IMG/VR virus record: IMGVR_UViG_3300031992_000018
Location: 104,027 to 168,026 of that record
Origin: a virus
Taxonomy: Duplodnaviria > Caudoviricetes
Length of the DNA: 64,000 nucleotides
Strand: one strand, 5' to 3'
Shown here: positions 8,713 through 19,259 of the stretch, one piece after another
How the letters are laid out: each line of letters starts with the position of its first letter
Numbering within the stretch: position 1 is the stretch's first letter
Position numbers and translations under genes: made by a program
The notes under the pieces: generated by a model
The model's input: the letters and a program-made list of their open reading frames with translations, nothing else
What the model was told of the DNA's origin: nothing
Database searches by the model: none

Positions 8713-9126
8713 TTATTTTAGTAATTTATTAAATTCTGATTTAGAAACTTTAGTAAAATTATCAAAATTTTGTGCCCAATCATAACAAACCTTTTCATAA
8801 TTATCACCTGTTAAATCTCCACCTTCTAAAGAAAATGTAAAAGATTTAACATTATCAATAAATACATCCATATCTTCCCATGAACCTTCACCAAATCCAA
8901 CTTCGCCATCATATTTATCTAAATATGTATGTAATTTACCAACAATTTCTTGTCCTTTTAATTTACCAAAATTAAAAATAATTACAGCATCACGCATTGT
9001 AACATAATAACATGTATCAGGCCAGTCATAAGTATCTGTATTTTTTAACCATTTATTTATAAATTCAAATACTTCTTTTTCAGATAATGTTTTTGCTTCT
9101 AATAAAAATTCTACTAGATTTTTCAT
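8713..9126 (-). CDS. Leader-bearing protein (MKNLVEFLLE)
   Basis: Shared motif. Confidence 0.7.
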   Translation of the reverse strand: MKNLVEFLLEAKTLSEKEVFEFINKWLKNTDTYDWPDTCYYVTMRDAVIIFNFGKLKGQEIVGKLHTYLDKYDGEVGFGEGSWEDMDVFIDNVKSFTFSLEGGDLTGDNYEKVCYDWAQNFDNFTKVSKSEFNKLLK

Positions 9127-9147
9127 AATTTATATATATATTTAATA

Positions 9148-9534
9148 TTAATCCAAGTGATCAAAAGCTACTGGTTCACCATTCCAATAATAACAATATG
9201 TATATTTATCTAATTTTACATCTCCAAATTTATTTATTCTTGCTCTCTTTTCTTCTGTTTCTTTTGTATCAAATTCATCAGGAATTGGAACTGATTTACC
9301 AGCTTGACCATTACCAGATACAATTTTATCTTTTAATTTTCTAAAAGTAAATGTTTTACCACTAATTTTAACTATTTTATAAAAATCAATTATAATCATA
9401 CTATAACTAAAATTAGAATAAATAATATCACCTACTTCCCAATTTTCTGGTTTTGATTTATCTCTTTCTTCAACAGTTTCAATATCTTTATTAAGATGTA
9501 ATTTTTCTATTATATATTTATCTAATTGTTTCAT
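9148..9534 (-). CDS. Leader-bearing protein (MKQLDKYIIEKLHLNK) with a small beta-rich domain
   Basis: Start moved to MKQL; WEVGDII...FYKIVKISGK domain. Confidence 0.7.
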   Translation of the reverse strand: MKQLDKYIIEKLHLNKDIETVEERDKSKPENWEVGDIIYSNFSYSMIIIDFYKIVKISGKTFTFRKLKDKIVSGNGQAGKSVPIPDEFDTKETEEKRARINKFGDVKLDKYTYCYYWNGEPVAFDHLD

Positions 9535-9544
9535 ATTATATATA

Positions 9545-11053
9545 TTAATATTTATGTCCTCCTCTTGCATATTGAAGTCTCATTTGTTCTTCAATCATTG
9601 ATTCTGCATCTTCATCAGTAAAATCAGGATCATCATCACAAGCAGTAAATATCTTTGCACAAAGAACAAATGTTCTTAATGATAATTCCATACTTGATCC
9701 TTTTTCATTTAATTCTTTTAAATAATTATAAGCCTTTATTTTTGCTTTAGGCAATAATATTTTATTTTCAATATTTGGAAGTAATTTCTTTATAATTGAT
9801 AAAATCTCATCATTTGAAAAATCAATATCTTGCATAAAACATCTATTTCTTAAAGCTGTATCAAGTTGTCCTGCACGATAATTTGTTATAACAATAACAC
9901 CAGATTTAATTCTACATTTCTTTGGAATTTCTTGACCGTCATCATCAGTAATTTTACCAGCAATTCCATAAGTAACAAGTCTTCCTTCTGGAGATGTATC
10001 TGAATCAAGAGCTGCTTTAAGAATATTGATACAGTTTTCATCTGCTTGTGGACCTACAAGAGAGTCAGCATCATCAATTAAAATAATATCATTACTTTCT
10101 CTAAATCCATAAAGAGTAGCATAAAGTCTTCTTGCTGTACATTTGCCTTTTATAGTACAAAGATTTTCTCCTTCAATATAATTAGATTCTTTAAGTTGTT
10201 TCTTTACTCTATATGTTTTACCAACACCAGGAGCTCCACAAAGAATAAGTGCTGGTTGACGACCTTTAATAACTAAAGAAATATATTTTTCCATTTCTTT
10301 AAATATCTGGTCAGGATCTTTTCTATTACTTTGAGCATCTTTAATTTCCTTAGAATCTTCAATTTCAACTCTTTTACCTTTAGCAATTGATACTTTAATA
10401 TCTTCTGAACCACCTTCTTTTATATATTTATAAATATCTTTAACATCATTTTCGATATTATTTAAATTAGAGTTTGAAATTTTACTCTTAGCAATAAATG
10501 ATTCATGAATTAAATCTTTATCAATTTTAGAAAAAATATAATTTAATTTACCAATATTATATTTAGATTCTTTTAAATTATCTTCTTTATTAGATAATTT
10601 TTTAACATCTTCTTCACTAATAGAATATTTTTTAGAATTTACTATTGTCCATACTACTGGTAATAATTTAGCTATATTTGTACCTAAAGTATAAATAGAT
10701 AAATCTGCTTTTCCTTTACCAGACCAATATACATCTAAATCTTTAAAAAAGTCTATAGAATATACATCTACAGAATCATTATCATTAATCCAATTAAATT
10801 GAAAAAATGAAGTTTTAGCATAATCTGATTTATCAATAACAATAAATTGTTTTGATGTACATTTTTCACCATCAATTGTAGTATCTACAAAACCAATAAG
10901 AGGAACAAGACCATTGATATGCTTCTTTAAAATTGATTCAATTTTTTCAATAGCCGCATCAATATCTTTTTCTCTAAATGATTCATTTAATTTTTCTTTA
11001 TTTTGTATATCTTGATTACGCTTATTTACGAATTCTAAAAAATTATATCTCAT
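9545..11053 (-). CDS. AAA+ ATPase
   Basis: Walker A GAPGVGKT, Walker B IILIDDAD, sensor ITN, ALRNR arginine finger; late promoter 11072-11084. Confidence 0.8.
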   Translation of the reverse strand: MRYNFLEFVNKRNQDIQNKEKLNESFREKDIDAAIEKIESILKKHINGLVPLIGFVDTTIDGEKCTSKQFIVIDKSDYAKTSFFQFNWINDNDSVDVYSIDFFKDLDVYWSGKGKADLSIYTLGTNIAKLLPVVWTIVNSKKYSISEEDVKKLSNKEDNLKESKYNIGKLNYIFSKIDKDLIHESFIAKSKISNSNLNNIENDVKDIYKYIKEGGSEDIKVSIAKGKRVEIEDSKEIKDAQSNRKDPDQIFKEMEKYISLVIKGRQPALILCGAPGVGKTYRVKKQLKESNYIEGENLCTIKGKCTARRLYATLYGFRESNDIILIDDADSLVGPQADENCINILKAALDSDTSPEGRLVTYGIAGKITDDDGQEIPKKCRIKSGVIVITNYRAGQLDTALRNRCFMQDIDFSNDEILSIIKKLLPNIENKILLPKAKIKAYNYLKELNEKGSSMELSLRTFVLCAKIFTACDDDPDFTDEDAESMIEEQMRLQYARGGHKY

Positions 11054-11089
11054 AAATTATAATATTAATTATATATAAAAATAAAATTA

Positions 11090-12784
11090 TTAAATCCATA
11101 TAATTGTTATAGGATCTATCTTTATAAATGAATTTTTATTTGGTTTATCTGTATAATAGTTAAATCCTCCTCCAAGTATTGGAATTTCTAATTTTGAATT
11201 TAATGATATATTTCCATAATTGTCAAGTCCTGGATTTGTATCACTTTCATAATATATCTTTTTATTTACTAAGTTATATTGACCATTTATATATTCAAAA
11301 TTAGAAGTATAATAAAATCCTCTATAAAATGTTTCTTCACTAAGTTCTGATATTATATCTATATCAAATGATTCAATATCATCATGACAAAGAGAACCAA
11401 TATTAATTAAATCACTCTTAGCAATAAATTTTGAATCCTCTTTCAAATTCATAAAATAATTACCTAATACAGATTTTATAGAATCTTCAATATCTTGTTT
11501 AGAATATTGTGATTTTGTTTTAACATAACACATAATAGCAAATCTTCTAATTTCAGGATCTTGGAATTTAAGTGTTATACCAGCAAATGATTTATTTGAA
11601 TTCTTAAGAGTATTTTGAATCATTAATTTTTGGTCATTTGTAATTAAAATACCTTGATTATTATTTGCTTTATTAGTTAATTTATAGTATTCATCTATAG
11701 AAGATATATTATTTATTATATTAGATATACATGTAGCATATATAGTCATACTATTTTCTTCACTCCAACAATTTACATATCCAACAAATGAGAATCTTTT
11801 AAAGAATAATTTAAAGTTTTGTTCAGAAGCAATGACATTACTTCTAGAATTATATCCAATCATATTTCTTACAAAATCAATTGAATCAGAATTTGTACCA
11901 CCAGAAATTACTGTATTAAGATTAAGTAATAAATAGTCATCTAAGTTAACTGTATTTCCTTCTGAATCATATCCATTATCAACAAATGAAAATTTAGGAT
12001 TATCACCATATAAAATATTTCCTATAGTTCCTGAATGTGATAAATATAATATTTGTACTACATCACCAGGATTTGGAATTTTACCATATATACCATTACC
12101 AAATATTATATCAAATGTATTTTCATATCCAACAGTAAGAACATATTCTTTACTGTCTTTTGACATATCATATAAACTTGAAACAGGTTCCCATTCTTCT
12201 CCATTTACAAATACTCTTATATAATCTCTGTCAAAAAGACCAGATGATTCAATAGATATTCTTTCAAGAGGTTCACCAATACAACCATATTGATAATTAT
12301 TCCATGTTCCTTGTACAATTTTAAATTCATGAGATGTAAGTGGTTGCTTTGTATAAATTATATATCTATTTGAATTCAATATAACAACATAGTTTACACC
12401 AGTATTCTTATTGATTATTCTTGTATAATTATTAATATAAATTTTATCAATATCAAGATATGAACCATTATTCATTATAACTTTACCAATAATACTTCCA
12501 CTTGCAGCTGATCCATAATATGGTTCATAACCACTGATTTTAGCTAATGAATAAATACTTTTTCTTCTTGTAGCAGTTCTGACATTTTGTTCTGTAAGAG
12601 CATCTTCAATATAGAACATAGCATTTTGCATGATACCTTTAATACCATCAAAGATAACACCAAAAATTTGGTTATGAGTATATTGATAACCAATTGAATT
12701 AAATGTTTTTGAAAGATATAGTCTTACTGTTTCATCAAACTGATCATAAGCAGTTTGCATTACTGAAAATAATTTATTAGCCAT
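11090..12784 (-). CDS. Baseplate wedge subunit (T4 gp6-like)
   Basis: TATRRKSIYSLAKISGY, IIFGNGIYGKIP..GD.V.I.YL...G..GN, GGTNSDSID motifs. Confidence 0.85.
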   Translation of the reverse strand: MANKLFSVMQTAYDQFDETVRLYLSKTFNSIGYQYTHNQIFGVIFDGIKGIMQNAMFYIEDALTEQNVRTATRRKSIYSLAKISGYEPYYGSAASGSIIGKVIMNNGSYLDIDKIYINNYTRIINKNTGVNYVVILNSNRYIIYTKQPLTSHEFKIVQGTWNNYQYGCIGEPLERISIESSGLFDRDYIRVFVNGEEWEPVSSLYDMSKDSKEYVLTVGYENTFDIIFGNGIYGKIPNPGDVVQILYLSHSGTIGNILYGDNPKFSFVDNGYDSEGNTVNLDDYLLLNLNTVISGGTNSDSIDFVRNMIGYNSRSNVIASEQNFKLFFKRFSFVGYVNCWSEENSMTIYATCISNIINNISSIDEYYKLTNKANNNQGILITNDQKLMIQNTLKNSNKSFAGITLKFQDPEIRRFAIMCYVKTKSQYSKQDIEDSIKSVLGNYFMNLKEDSKFIAKSDLINIGSLCHDDIESFDIDIISELSEETFYRGFYYTSNFEYINGQYNLVNKKIYYESDTNPGLDNYGNISLNSKLEIPILGGGFNYYTDKPNKNSFIKIDPITIIWI

Positions 12785-12790
12785 ATTATA

Positions 12791-13138
12791 TTATTGATAT
12801 TGATATTCTCTTATTTTTGTTTCTCCAGATTCTTTATCTACTAAAGCAATCTTTATTAAATAAATACTTCTATAATCACCTTGAAGAAATGTAGCATTTA
12901 CATAATATTCCATCTTAGATGCATAATATGTAAGTGTATCTATTTTTTCTCTTATATATTTTTCAATTTCAGATGTAGTTGGAGTAAGTGTCCATAAAAA
13001 TGATTCAAATTCTGTACCATATTGTGGATATCCAATTAATTGTGTATTTTCTGTATTAAGAAGCATATCTATTTCTTGAAGTGCACAATCTACTTCATTA
13101 TCTAAAAATACTCTTCCATCTAAAGCTAAATCTAACAT
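12791..13138 (-). CDS. Baseplate wedge subunit (T4 gp25-like)
   Basis: LL.T.....G.P.YG......L pattern; adjacent to the gp6-like gene. Confidence 0.7.
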   Translation of the reverse strand: MLDLALDGRVFLDNEVDCALQEIDMLLNTENTQLIGYPQYGTEFESFLWTLTPTTSEIEKYIREKIDTLTYYASKMEYYVNATFLQGDYRSIYLIKIALVDKESGETKIREYQYQ

Positions 13139-13146
13139 AATCAAAA

Positions 13147-14970
13147 TTAATTTATATTATAATTTCCATCAGAAATATAATCATTGTTTTCATTTACAAT
13201 GGTATATTTTCCATATAAATTGTTTATATCTGATGAATTTATTGAAAAAATTACATATATATCATTTCTTCCTATTTCAATATATTCTTGTTGTTCAATA
13301 ATCAATTTAAATGTTTCTACTTTTGATAAATATTCACTTAAATCAATACCAATATTCTGAGTAAATCCATTTCTTAAACTGATATTTTGTAATTCAGATG
13401 TTTTATAAAATATTGGTTTATATATTACTCTTGGAGTACTTGATTTTTTAATACTTATATTATTATCATTTTCTGATGATTTTAAAATTGAACAATTTAT
13501 TTTATCAATAAATACAAGATTATCTTTATTTATTTCTGTTACTAACATATTTGTTTTATTGTTTAATTTATATATCTTATTAAATGTTAATTTATGTATA
13601 GATAAATCATTTATTAAATATTTATACCATTCTTTAGATAATATAACTGGATTAGAACGTATAATATTACAATTTACTTTATCGATAAATGATATTCTAT
13701 ATACAATTAATTCAGGAATATCATCCCAAGTATCAAAAATATCTGCTAATGGTAACATCATATTATCAATTATAGAATCATTTAAATTGCTACATGATTT
13801 ATAAAATACTTCATTAAAATATTTATCTGTACTAAATTCTATTAAAAATCCTGTTTTATTTATATTTTCTAAATCTTCACCAAATAAATCATTATCTTCT
13901 TCTTTATTATTTTCATAATTTATATATTCATTTTTAGTAATATTATTGAAAAATAAATATGATTCTTCTAAAGTTTTATTATCATAATCTGGATATGAAA
14001 ATTCATTTACAATAAAAGGAATTCCATAATATTTATTATATAATGTTTGTGATTCAAACTCTTCTTCTTTTAAAAATTTTATTTTACTTTTTAAAGAGAA
14101 TGAAACATTTATATTAAATGTATTAGAGTTTTGTAAATTATCAAGATCTTGAACATACATATTATTACTATCAACATCAATATATGGTGTTAATATAATA
14201 TTCAATGTATTATAAAATTGATTATTGATATAATTTATTTTATTATCAAAAATCTTCTTATAAGATACACTACCATTTTCTTTAATATCAGATTCAATAC
14301 TATATGGATAATATAATAAATAAAATGGTACTAAAGAAGTATATTCATTATCATTATTCTTTAAATTAAATTTTTCTTGAGTATTTCTATTTATACATTC
14401 ATTATAATCTTCTATATAAATATCTTTATCATATAAAAGTAATTTTAAACAAGGTATATATAATTCTATATATTCTGAATATGTTATATTATTTATTACT
14501 AATTCAGTATTAGATAATCTTGGATAATTTTTACTTAAATCAACTAAATAATGAAATTTTATATCATTTATATAATTTTCAATATCTATTATACTATTTA
14601 ATGTTGTATAAATAGTTGGTATATATATTCTTATTTTATCACACAATATTTCTGTCTCATTAAAACTTGAATTATATATCTTATACTTATTATATTCTAT
14701 ATTATCTCTTTTTATCTTATCATTAAAATTTGATGGATCTGTTGAATATCCAAGAGATGTTCCATTTGGAATAGGGAAACAAGAAATATTTTTATTTGAC
14801 TCAGGAATAAAAAATATATCTTTATCTACAAAGATACCAGATATAAAGTTTTGATTTTTTAATATGTAAAACTTTTCATAATGATGCAAATCATTTTTTA
14901 AATCAGTCATCGCATCAAAATAATCAATAATATAAGTATAATTACCTAATATTACTTTTTCTCTTATCAT
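13147..14970 (-). CDS. Putative virion structural protein
   Basis: 607 aa; co-transcribed with baseplate genes behind late promoter 14990-15002. Confidence 0.55.
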   Translation of the reverse strand: MIREKVILGNYTYIIDYFDAMTDLKNDLHHYEKFYILKNQNFISGIFVDKDIFFIPESNKNISCFPIPNGTSLGYSTDPSNFNDKIKRDNIEYNKYKIYNSSFNETEILCDKIRIYIPTIYTTLNSIIDIENYINDIKFHYLVDLSKNYPRLSNTELVINNITYSEYIELYIPCLKLLLYDKDIYIEDYNECINRNTQEKFNLKNNDNEYTSLVPFYLLYYPYSIESDIKENGSVSYKKIFDNKINYINNQFYNTLNIILTPYIDVDSNNMYVQDLDNLQNSNTFNINVSFSLKSKIKFLKEEEFESQTLYNKYYGIPFIVNEFSYPDYDNKTLEESYLFFNNITKNEYINYENNKEEDNDLFGEDLENINKTGFLIEFSTDKYFNEVFYKSCSNLNDSIIDNMMLPLADIFDTWDDIPELIVYRISFIDKVNCNIIRSNPVILSKEWYKYLINDLSIHKLTFNKIYKLNNKTNMLVTEINKDNLVFIDKINCSILKSSENDNNISIKKSSTPRVIYKPIFYKTSELQNISLRNGFTQNIGIDLSEYLSKVETFKLIIEQQEYIEIGRNDIYVIFSINSSDINNLYGKYTIVNENNDYISDGNYNIN

Positions 14971-15067
14971 AAATTTTACATACTTAATTTAATTAAAAAT
15001 AAAAATCTACTATAAAAGTTTAAAGATTTGAATGTTATTTTTATATATAAATAGATAATACTAAGAA

Positions 15068-15910
15068 ATGAAAACATTTTCAAATTACATTGATAATATA
15101 AAATTAATTGATGAAATTTGTTCTTATGAATATAGTGATGTAGTTCTTGAAGGAATATTAAAGAAAATAGCTAATTGGTTTGGTAATAAATCAAGAAATA
15201 TATCTAATAAATTAAATAATTTTTATGATGAATTATATTATTTTCCAGATAATGTAATAAAGACATTTAATGGAACATTATCAATTGCAGCAGATGAAAC
15301 TAATGATTCACAAGAAAATAAAGATATTATAAATAACATTATTAATGATAAACCAGAAAATATACCAGAAAAAGTTATAAATTATCTTAAAGAACATGAA
15401 AATGATAAAGATTTTTATAATTCAATACTTATTGCTTCATTATGTGTATTAGGTATAAATGTAGCAAATGAAAATAAAGATCAAAAATCAGTAGATACTA
15501 TAAAATTATATTTTAATAAAATTAGTGATAAAATAAAGGAAGATACTAAAGATATTTTAAAAAAATCTACAAATAATCCAGATAATAATGATAATGATAA
15601 TGATAATAATCCTTCAGAAGATCTTACTAAAAAAGTTGATGATGTAGTACAAAATGTAGTAGATGATAATCCAGATATAGATATTAATAAAGAAAAAGAA
15701 AGAGAATTAATAGAAACAATAACTTGGATGATTTTTTATAAATATAATAAAAATAATATGAATTCAGACGAAATTGAAGATAATGCCAAGAGACTTGCTA
15801 ATATATTAATAAATGAATTAGAATTAGATGATGATTTAAAACAGAAATTTAATATAACTTCATTAGATGATTTAAAACAGAAAATTGAAGATTATAAAAA
15901 CAATAAATAA
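15068..15910 (+). CDS. Leader-bearing protein (MKTFSNYID...VLEGILKKIANWF)
   Basis: Late promoter on + strand at 15035-15047; leader-like N-terminus. Confidence 0.7.
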   Translation: MKTFSNYIDNIKLIDEICSYEYSDVVLEGILKKIANWFGNKSRNISNKLNNFYDELYYFPDNVIKTFNGTLSIAADETNDSQENKDIINNIINDKPENIPEKVINYLKEHENDKDFYNSILIASLCVLGINVANENKDQKSVDTIKLYFNKISDKIKEDTKDILKKSTNNPDNNDNDNDNNPSEDLTKKVDDVVQNVVDDNPDIDINKEKERELIETITWMIFYKYNKNNMNSDEIEDNAKRLANILINELELDDDLKQKFNITSLDDLKQKIEDYKNNK

Positions 15911-15936
15911 AAAGTTGCAATTTTTGCAACTTTTTT
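15911..15936 (+). terminator. Intrinsic terminator
   Basis: aaagttgcaa-ttt-ttgcaacttt followed by a T-run. Confidence 0.75.
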
Positions 15937-15964
15937 TTGAATTTCTAGAAATACTTACTATATT
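15937..15964 (+). promoter_or_regulatory. Putative early/middle promoter TTGAAT-N16-TATATT
   Basis: Same consensus and spacing at 44660, 50098, 53982, 56524, 57305 and 60169. Confidence 0.7.
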
Positions 15965-15974
15965 ATTAATGTAA

Positions 15975-16360
15975 TTAATTTAGCTCTTTGAATGCCATTA
16001 AAAATACCTAAAAACCAATATTGAAATCGAGGTTATCTTGAAATAAGTTTAGCAGATTTCACATTTTTTGGAGGATAAACCAATGTAATAGATAAAATAT
16101 ATAATTAATTTTATTCTAATTTATTTAATCTTAAGAGTAAAAACTAACAAAGAGAGTTAAAGTTTTTCAAAACCTTTTTCAACGCTCTCGCAACAATAAT
16201 TAAGGCGTAAGGTGTTTAAAAAACGAACAATACAGACTAGTCATCTGATATTGAAGCCTGAGTGACTTGGAAAGAAAAGATAATATAATATTTAATACGA
16301 ATTATTTAATTTAATTATGAATATAAAAATGAGCACCTTTGAGTATCAGGTGCTCTTATT
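15975..16360 (+). ncRNA. Candidate structured non-coding RNA (about 380 nt)
   Basis: No ORF of 60 aa or more; bounded by consensus promoter and terminator; several complementary segments. Confidence 0.5.
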
Positions 16361-16365
16361 TTTTA
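16331..16365. terminator. Intrinsic terminator
   Basis: gagcacct-ttgagtatc-aggtgctc followed by T-rich tail. Confidence 0.75.
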
Positions 16366-16366
16366 A

Positions 16367-16705
16367 TTATTTATTTTTAAATTCTATGTCATGTATATAT
16401 ATTGTTGTAAGATCATCTTCATCAAAGGTTATAAAAAAACTATCTATATAATCATTATCAAAAAATTTCTTTTTTATCTCTTTAATACAACTATGTAAAA
16501 AAGATGATGATTTTTCTTTTTTAAATTTTATATATAACCATTTATCATCATCTATAATAAATGTATAATCATCATCTTTATATAAAAATTCTCCATCAAA
16601 ATAAGATTCTAGATCAAATAATAGTTTATCCATATTATCTGATTTTACATTTATATTTTTATTAAGATGTAATTTTTCTGTTATATATTGACTTAAATTA
16701 TTCAT
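16367..16705 (-). CDS. Leader-bearing protein (MNNLSQYITEKLHLNK)
   Basis: Extended motif; late-promoter variant 16726-16738. Confidence 0.7.
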   Translation of the reverse strand: MNNLSQYITEKLHLNKNINVKSDNMDKLLFDLESYFDGEFLYKDDDYTFIIDDDKWLYIKFKKEKSSSFLHSCIKEIKKKFFDNDYIDSFFITFDEDDLTTIYIHDIEFKNK

Positions 16706-16772
16706 CATTAAAATTTTTCTTTATACAATTAAAAATAATTTTATTTTTATTTAATTATATAACACAGTATTT

Positions 16773-17459
16773 ATGAAAACAATTAATGAATATATTAGAT
16801 TTTCAGTTAATAATATAAACTATAATATTATTGACGAAGCATTAGCTCTTGAATCAGAAGGATGGACAATGCAAGATGTTTATGAGACATTATTTATAAC
16901 TGATATTTATGATAATGATCAATTAAATGAAGGTTGGATTGGTGATAAACTTAGAAAATTAGCTGGTGCGGCTGATACTGCAGAAGATAAAGCAAAAGAA
17001 ACAATAAATAAAACAAAAGAAGGTATTAAAAATGCTAAAGATGCAGTTGTTGCAAAATTTGATGAATGGTCAAATGAAGCAAAAGAAGCATTCAATAATT
17101 TAAAGAAATGGGCCGGAAGTAAATGGGATAAAGTTAAAAAAGATATAACTGAAATAATTGGAAAAATTGAAGCAGCATTTAATAAAATAAAAGATACAAT
17201 AAAAAATATTGTTGTTTCTATTGGTAAACTTAGTAAAGATATTGTTTTAACAACAGTAGGTCTTTTAATTTTATTAGTAAAACAAATAATAGCATTGATT
17301 GATAAAGGTTCAGATTTAGTTATGAAATTATTTAATGATGCAAAATTATTTGCTGGTAATGCAATATTTAATTTAGGTGCTGTTGCCGCTAAGAAAGCTG
17401 GTTTATCTCAAGAAGAATTAACAAATGTTTTAACTTTAACATTTTCTTATGCAAAATAA
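16773..17459 (+). CDS. Leader-bearing helical protein with hydrophobic C-terminal part
   Basis: MKTINEYI...LNEGWIGDKLRKL; late promoter 16741-16753; amphipathic helical repeats. Confidence 0.7.
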   Translation: MKTINEYIRFSVNNINYNIIDEALALESEGWTMQDVYETLFITDIYDNDQLNEGWIGDKLRKLAGAADTAEDKAKETINKTKEGIKNAKDAVVAKFDEWSNEAKEAFNNLKKWAGSKWDKVKKDITEIIGKIEAAFNKIKDTIKNIVVSIGKLSKDIVLTTVGLLILLVKQIIALIDKGSDLVMKLFNDAKLFAGNAIFNLGAVAAKKAGLSQEELTNVLTLTFSYAK

Positions 17460-17478
17460 TTTAAATATTATAAATATA

Positions 17479-17510
17479 AAAAAGAGCTCTTTTTAAAGAG
17501 CTCTTTTTTT
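17479..17510. terminator. Bidirectional terminator
   Basis: aaaaagagctctt-tta-aagagctcttttt. Confidence 0.75.
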
Positions 17511-19170
17511 ATTTTTCTTCTCTACTATGTTTATTGTATTCTGATGAATGAAATTCTTCTTCAAAAGTATGTTTAGCACCAGGATTAATCATATAAGCCA
17601 TTTTTGCCATTATATCTCTATTAAGAAGAACTGGTGTTGATTTCTTTCTATTATCAACAAGAGCAAAATCTACATTAAGTAATTTTCTTGAACCAATCTG
17701 AATACAAGGTACTATTACAGTAACTCTTTCTTCACGTACTTGTCCAACTATAGGGTTTGAAACCCCACTTTTCTTAAATCTATATGTTTTACCATTTATA
17801 ACTGCTGATACTTTATCTCCAACTACTTCAACTGATTCACAACCAATTGTAGAAGCTTTAGCGCCATTACCTGTATCAAATTTAGCTTCAAGTTCAAATT
17901 CTGAATCATTATCCATAATAAACTTCATATTTTCAATATAACCAATTGATTTAGGTGCAAGTACAAGCTCATTAATATCATTGATTGCATCAAGAAGTAT
18001 CTTACAGAAATTTTCTCCAATTACTTCAGAAATACCTTCTGTACCTGGAGAGCAGTTATATTCAAGAACAACATTATCTCCAATCTCTGGATTAGAACCT
18101 TTTACAAGAGGCATAATATCAACAGCACACCAAGGCATACCTGAAATCTTTGCTACATTTAATGCAATATCTTCTTGTTCTTTAGTAATTTCAACTTTTT
18201 CAGCTTCTGCACCAAGAGATACATTACTTCTGAAATCACCACCAAGTTTCTTTCTCTTCATACATGCAAGAATTGTTTGTTTTGTTCTGCTTGTAAGAAC
18301 ATGCACTCTGATATCACCACCATCAGCTTCTTCTTTCTTTTGAAGAAGTAATTCTCTTTCAGGGTCAATAGCAAATATTGCTTGAAGAATTGCAAGAATA
18401 CCTTTACCTGTTGTCATGAATACACCTGTTCCACCATGACCATCAAGAATCTTTACAACATATTCTCTCTTTTCATCTTCTTCTTTATTTTCACCTACTT
18501 CTTTATAAATAAGTTTAAGTTTCTTCTGAAGAGATTCTTCACCTTTAGATACATCTTTTGAAGAAAGAAGACAGAATTTTGGTTGTGGAATATCATATCT
18601 TTTCATAAGAACAGCTGAAGCATATTTATTACTTGCTCTTTTAGCTGCTTGAATTGGATTAAGAACAAAAAGACCCCAATCTTGAAGTTCTTTAATACAT
18701 TCCATACATTCTTCACTATCTTGTGCACCAAGACGTGCAATAACTATTGTATCTATATTTGATTGATCTGTTATAGTAAATTTCTCTTTAGAATCTTTAA
18801 TTTCAATTTTCTTATCATCTGCACTATAATCAACTTCTTCAGAAACAAATGTTATAAGATTTACATCTGTATTTTTAAGTGCATCTTGAAGGTTTTTAAG
18901 AGTTTTATTTTTTGAAGCATCTCTTTCATTTGTAAAGAAGATAATATTCTTAAAGAAATATTCTTCATTTCTTTTTATTTTTTCAGCATTCTGTACAGTA
19001 TCATTTTTTGCACCTAATTGTTCAGCTGCTTGATCAACTGCTTGGTCTTCTGAACCAGGTTTTTCTGGATTTTTTTCTGCACCAGTATTTTCTTCTGCTT
19101 CTAAAATAGATTCTACTTCATCTATTGATTTAATAAATTTTGATTCTAAAAGTTCAGTTAAAGTTTTCAT
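17509..19170 (-). CDS. rimK: RimK-like ATP-grasp ligase fused to a C-terminal retropepsin-like (RimB-type) protease, with leader
   Basis: NKY, VVKILDGHGGTGV, GDIRVHV, FRSNVSLG, VDI, LEYNCSPG; C-terminal AKFDTGN...VLLNR. Confidence 0.8.
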   Translation of the reverse strand: MKTLTELLESKFIKSIDEVESILEAEENTGAEKNPEKPGSEDQAVDQAAEQLGAKNDTVQNAEKIKRNEEYFFKNIIFFTNERDASKNKTLKNLQDALKNTDVNLITFVSEEVDYSADDKKIEIKDSKEKFTITDQSNIDTIVIARLGAQDSEECMECIKELQDWGLFVLNPIQAAKRASNKYASAVLMKRYDIPQPKFCLLSSKDVSKGEESLQKKLKLIYKEVGENKEEDEKREYVVKILDGHGGTGVFMTTGKGILAILQAIFAIDPERELLLQKKEEADGGDIRVHVLTSRTKQTILACMKRKKLGGDFRSNVSLGAEAEKVEITKEQEDIALNVAKISGMPWCAVDIMPLVKGSNPEIGDNVVLEYNCSPGTEGISEVIGENFCKILLDAINDINELVLAPKSIGYIENMKFIMDNDSEFELEAKFDTGNGAKASTIGCESVEVVGDKVSAVINGKTYRFKKSGVSNPIVGQVREERVTVIVPCIQIGSRKLLNVDFALVDNRKKSTPVLLNRDIMAKMAYMINPGAKHTFEEEFHSSEYNKHSREEK

Positions 19171-19259
19171 ATATATTTTATAAAAAATTTATCTATATAA
19201 AAATAAAAGATAAAAGAATAAATATCTATATTATATAAGAAATATATTTAAGATAATGA

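Noticed and set aside
15975-16360. tRNA, tmRNA or RNase P identity for the non-coding gap
   Set aside because: No cloverleaf/T-loop, tmRNA termini or GAGGAAAGUC motif recognised; kept only as an unclassified ncRNA candidate
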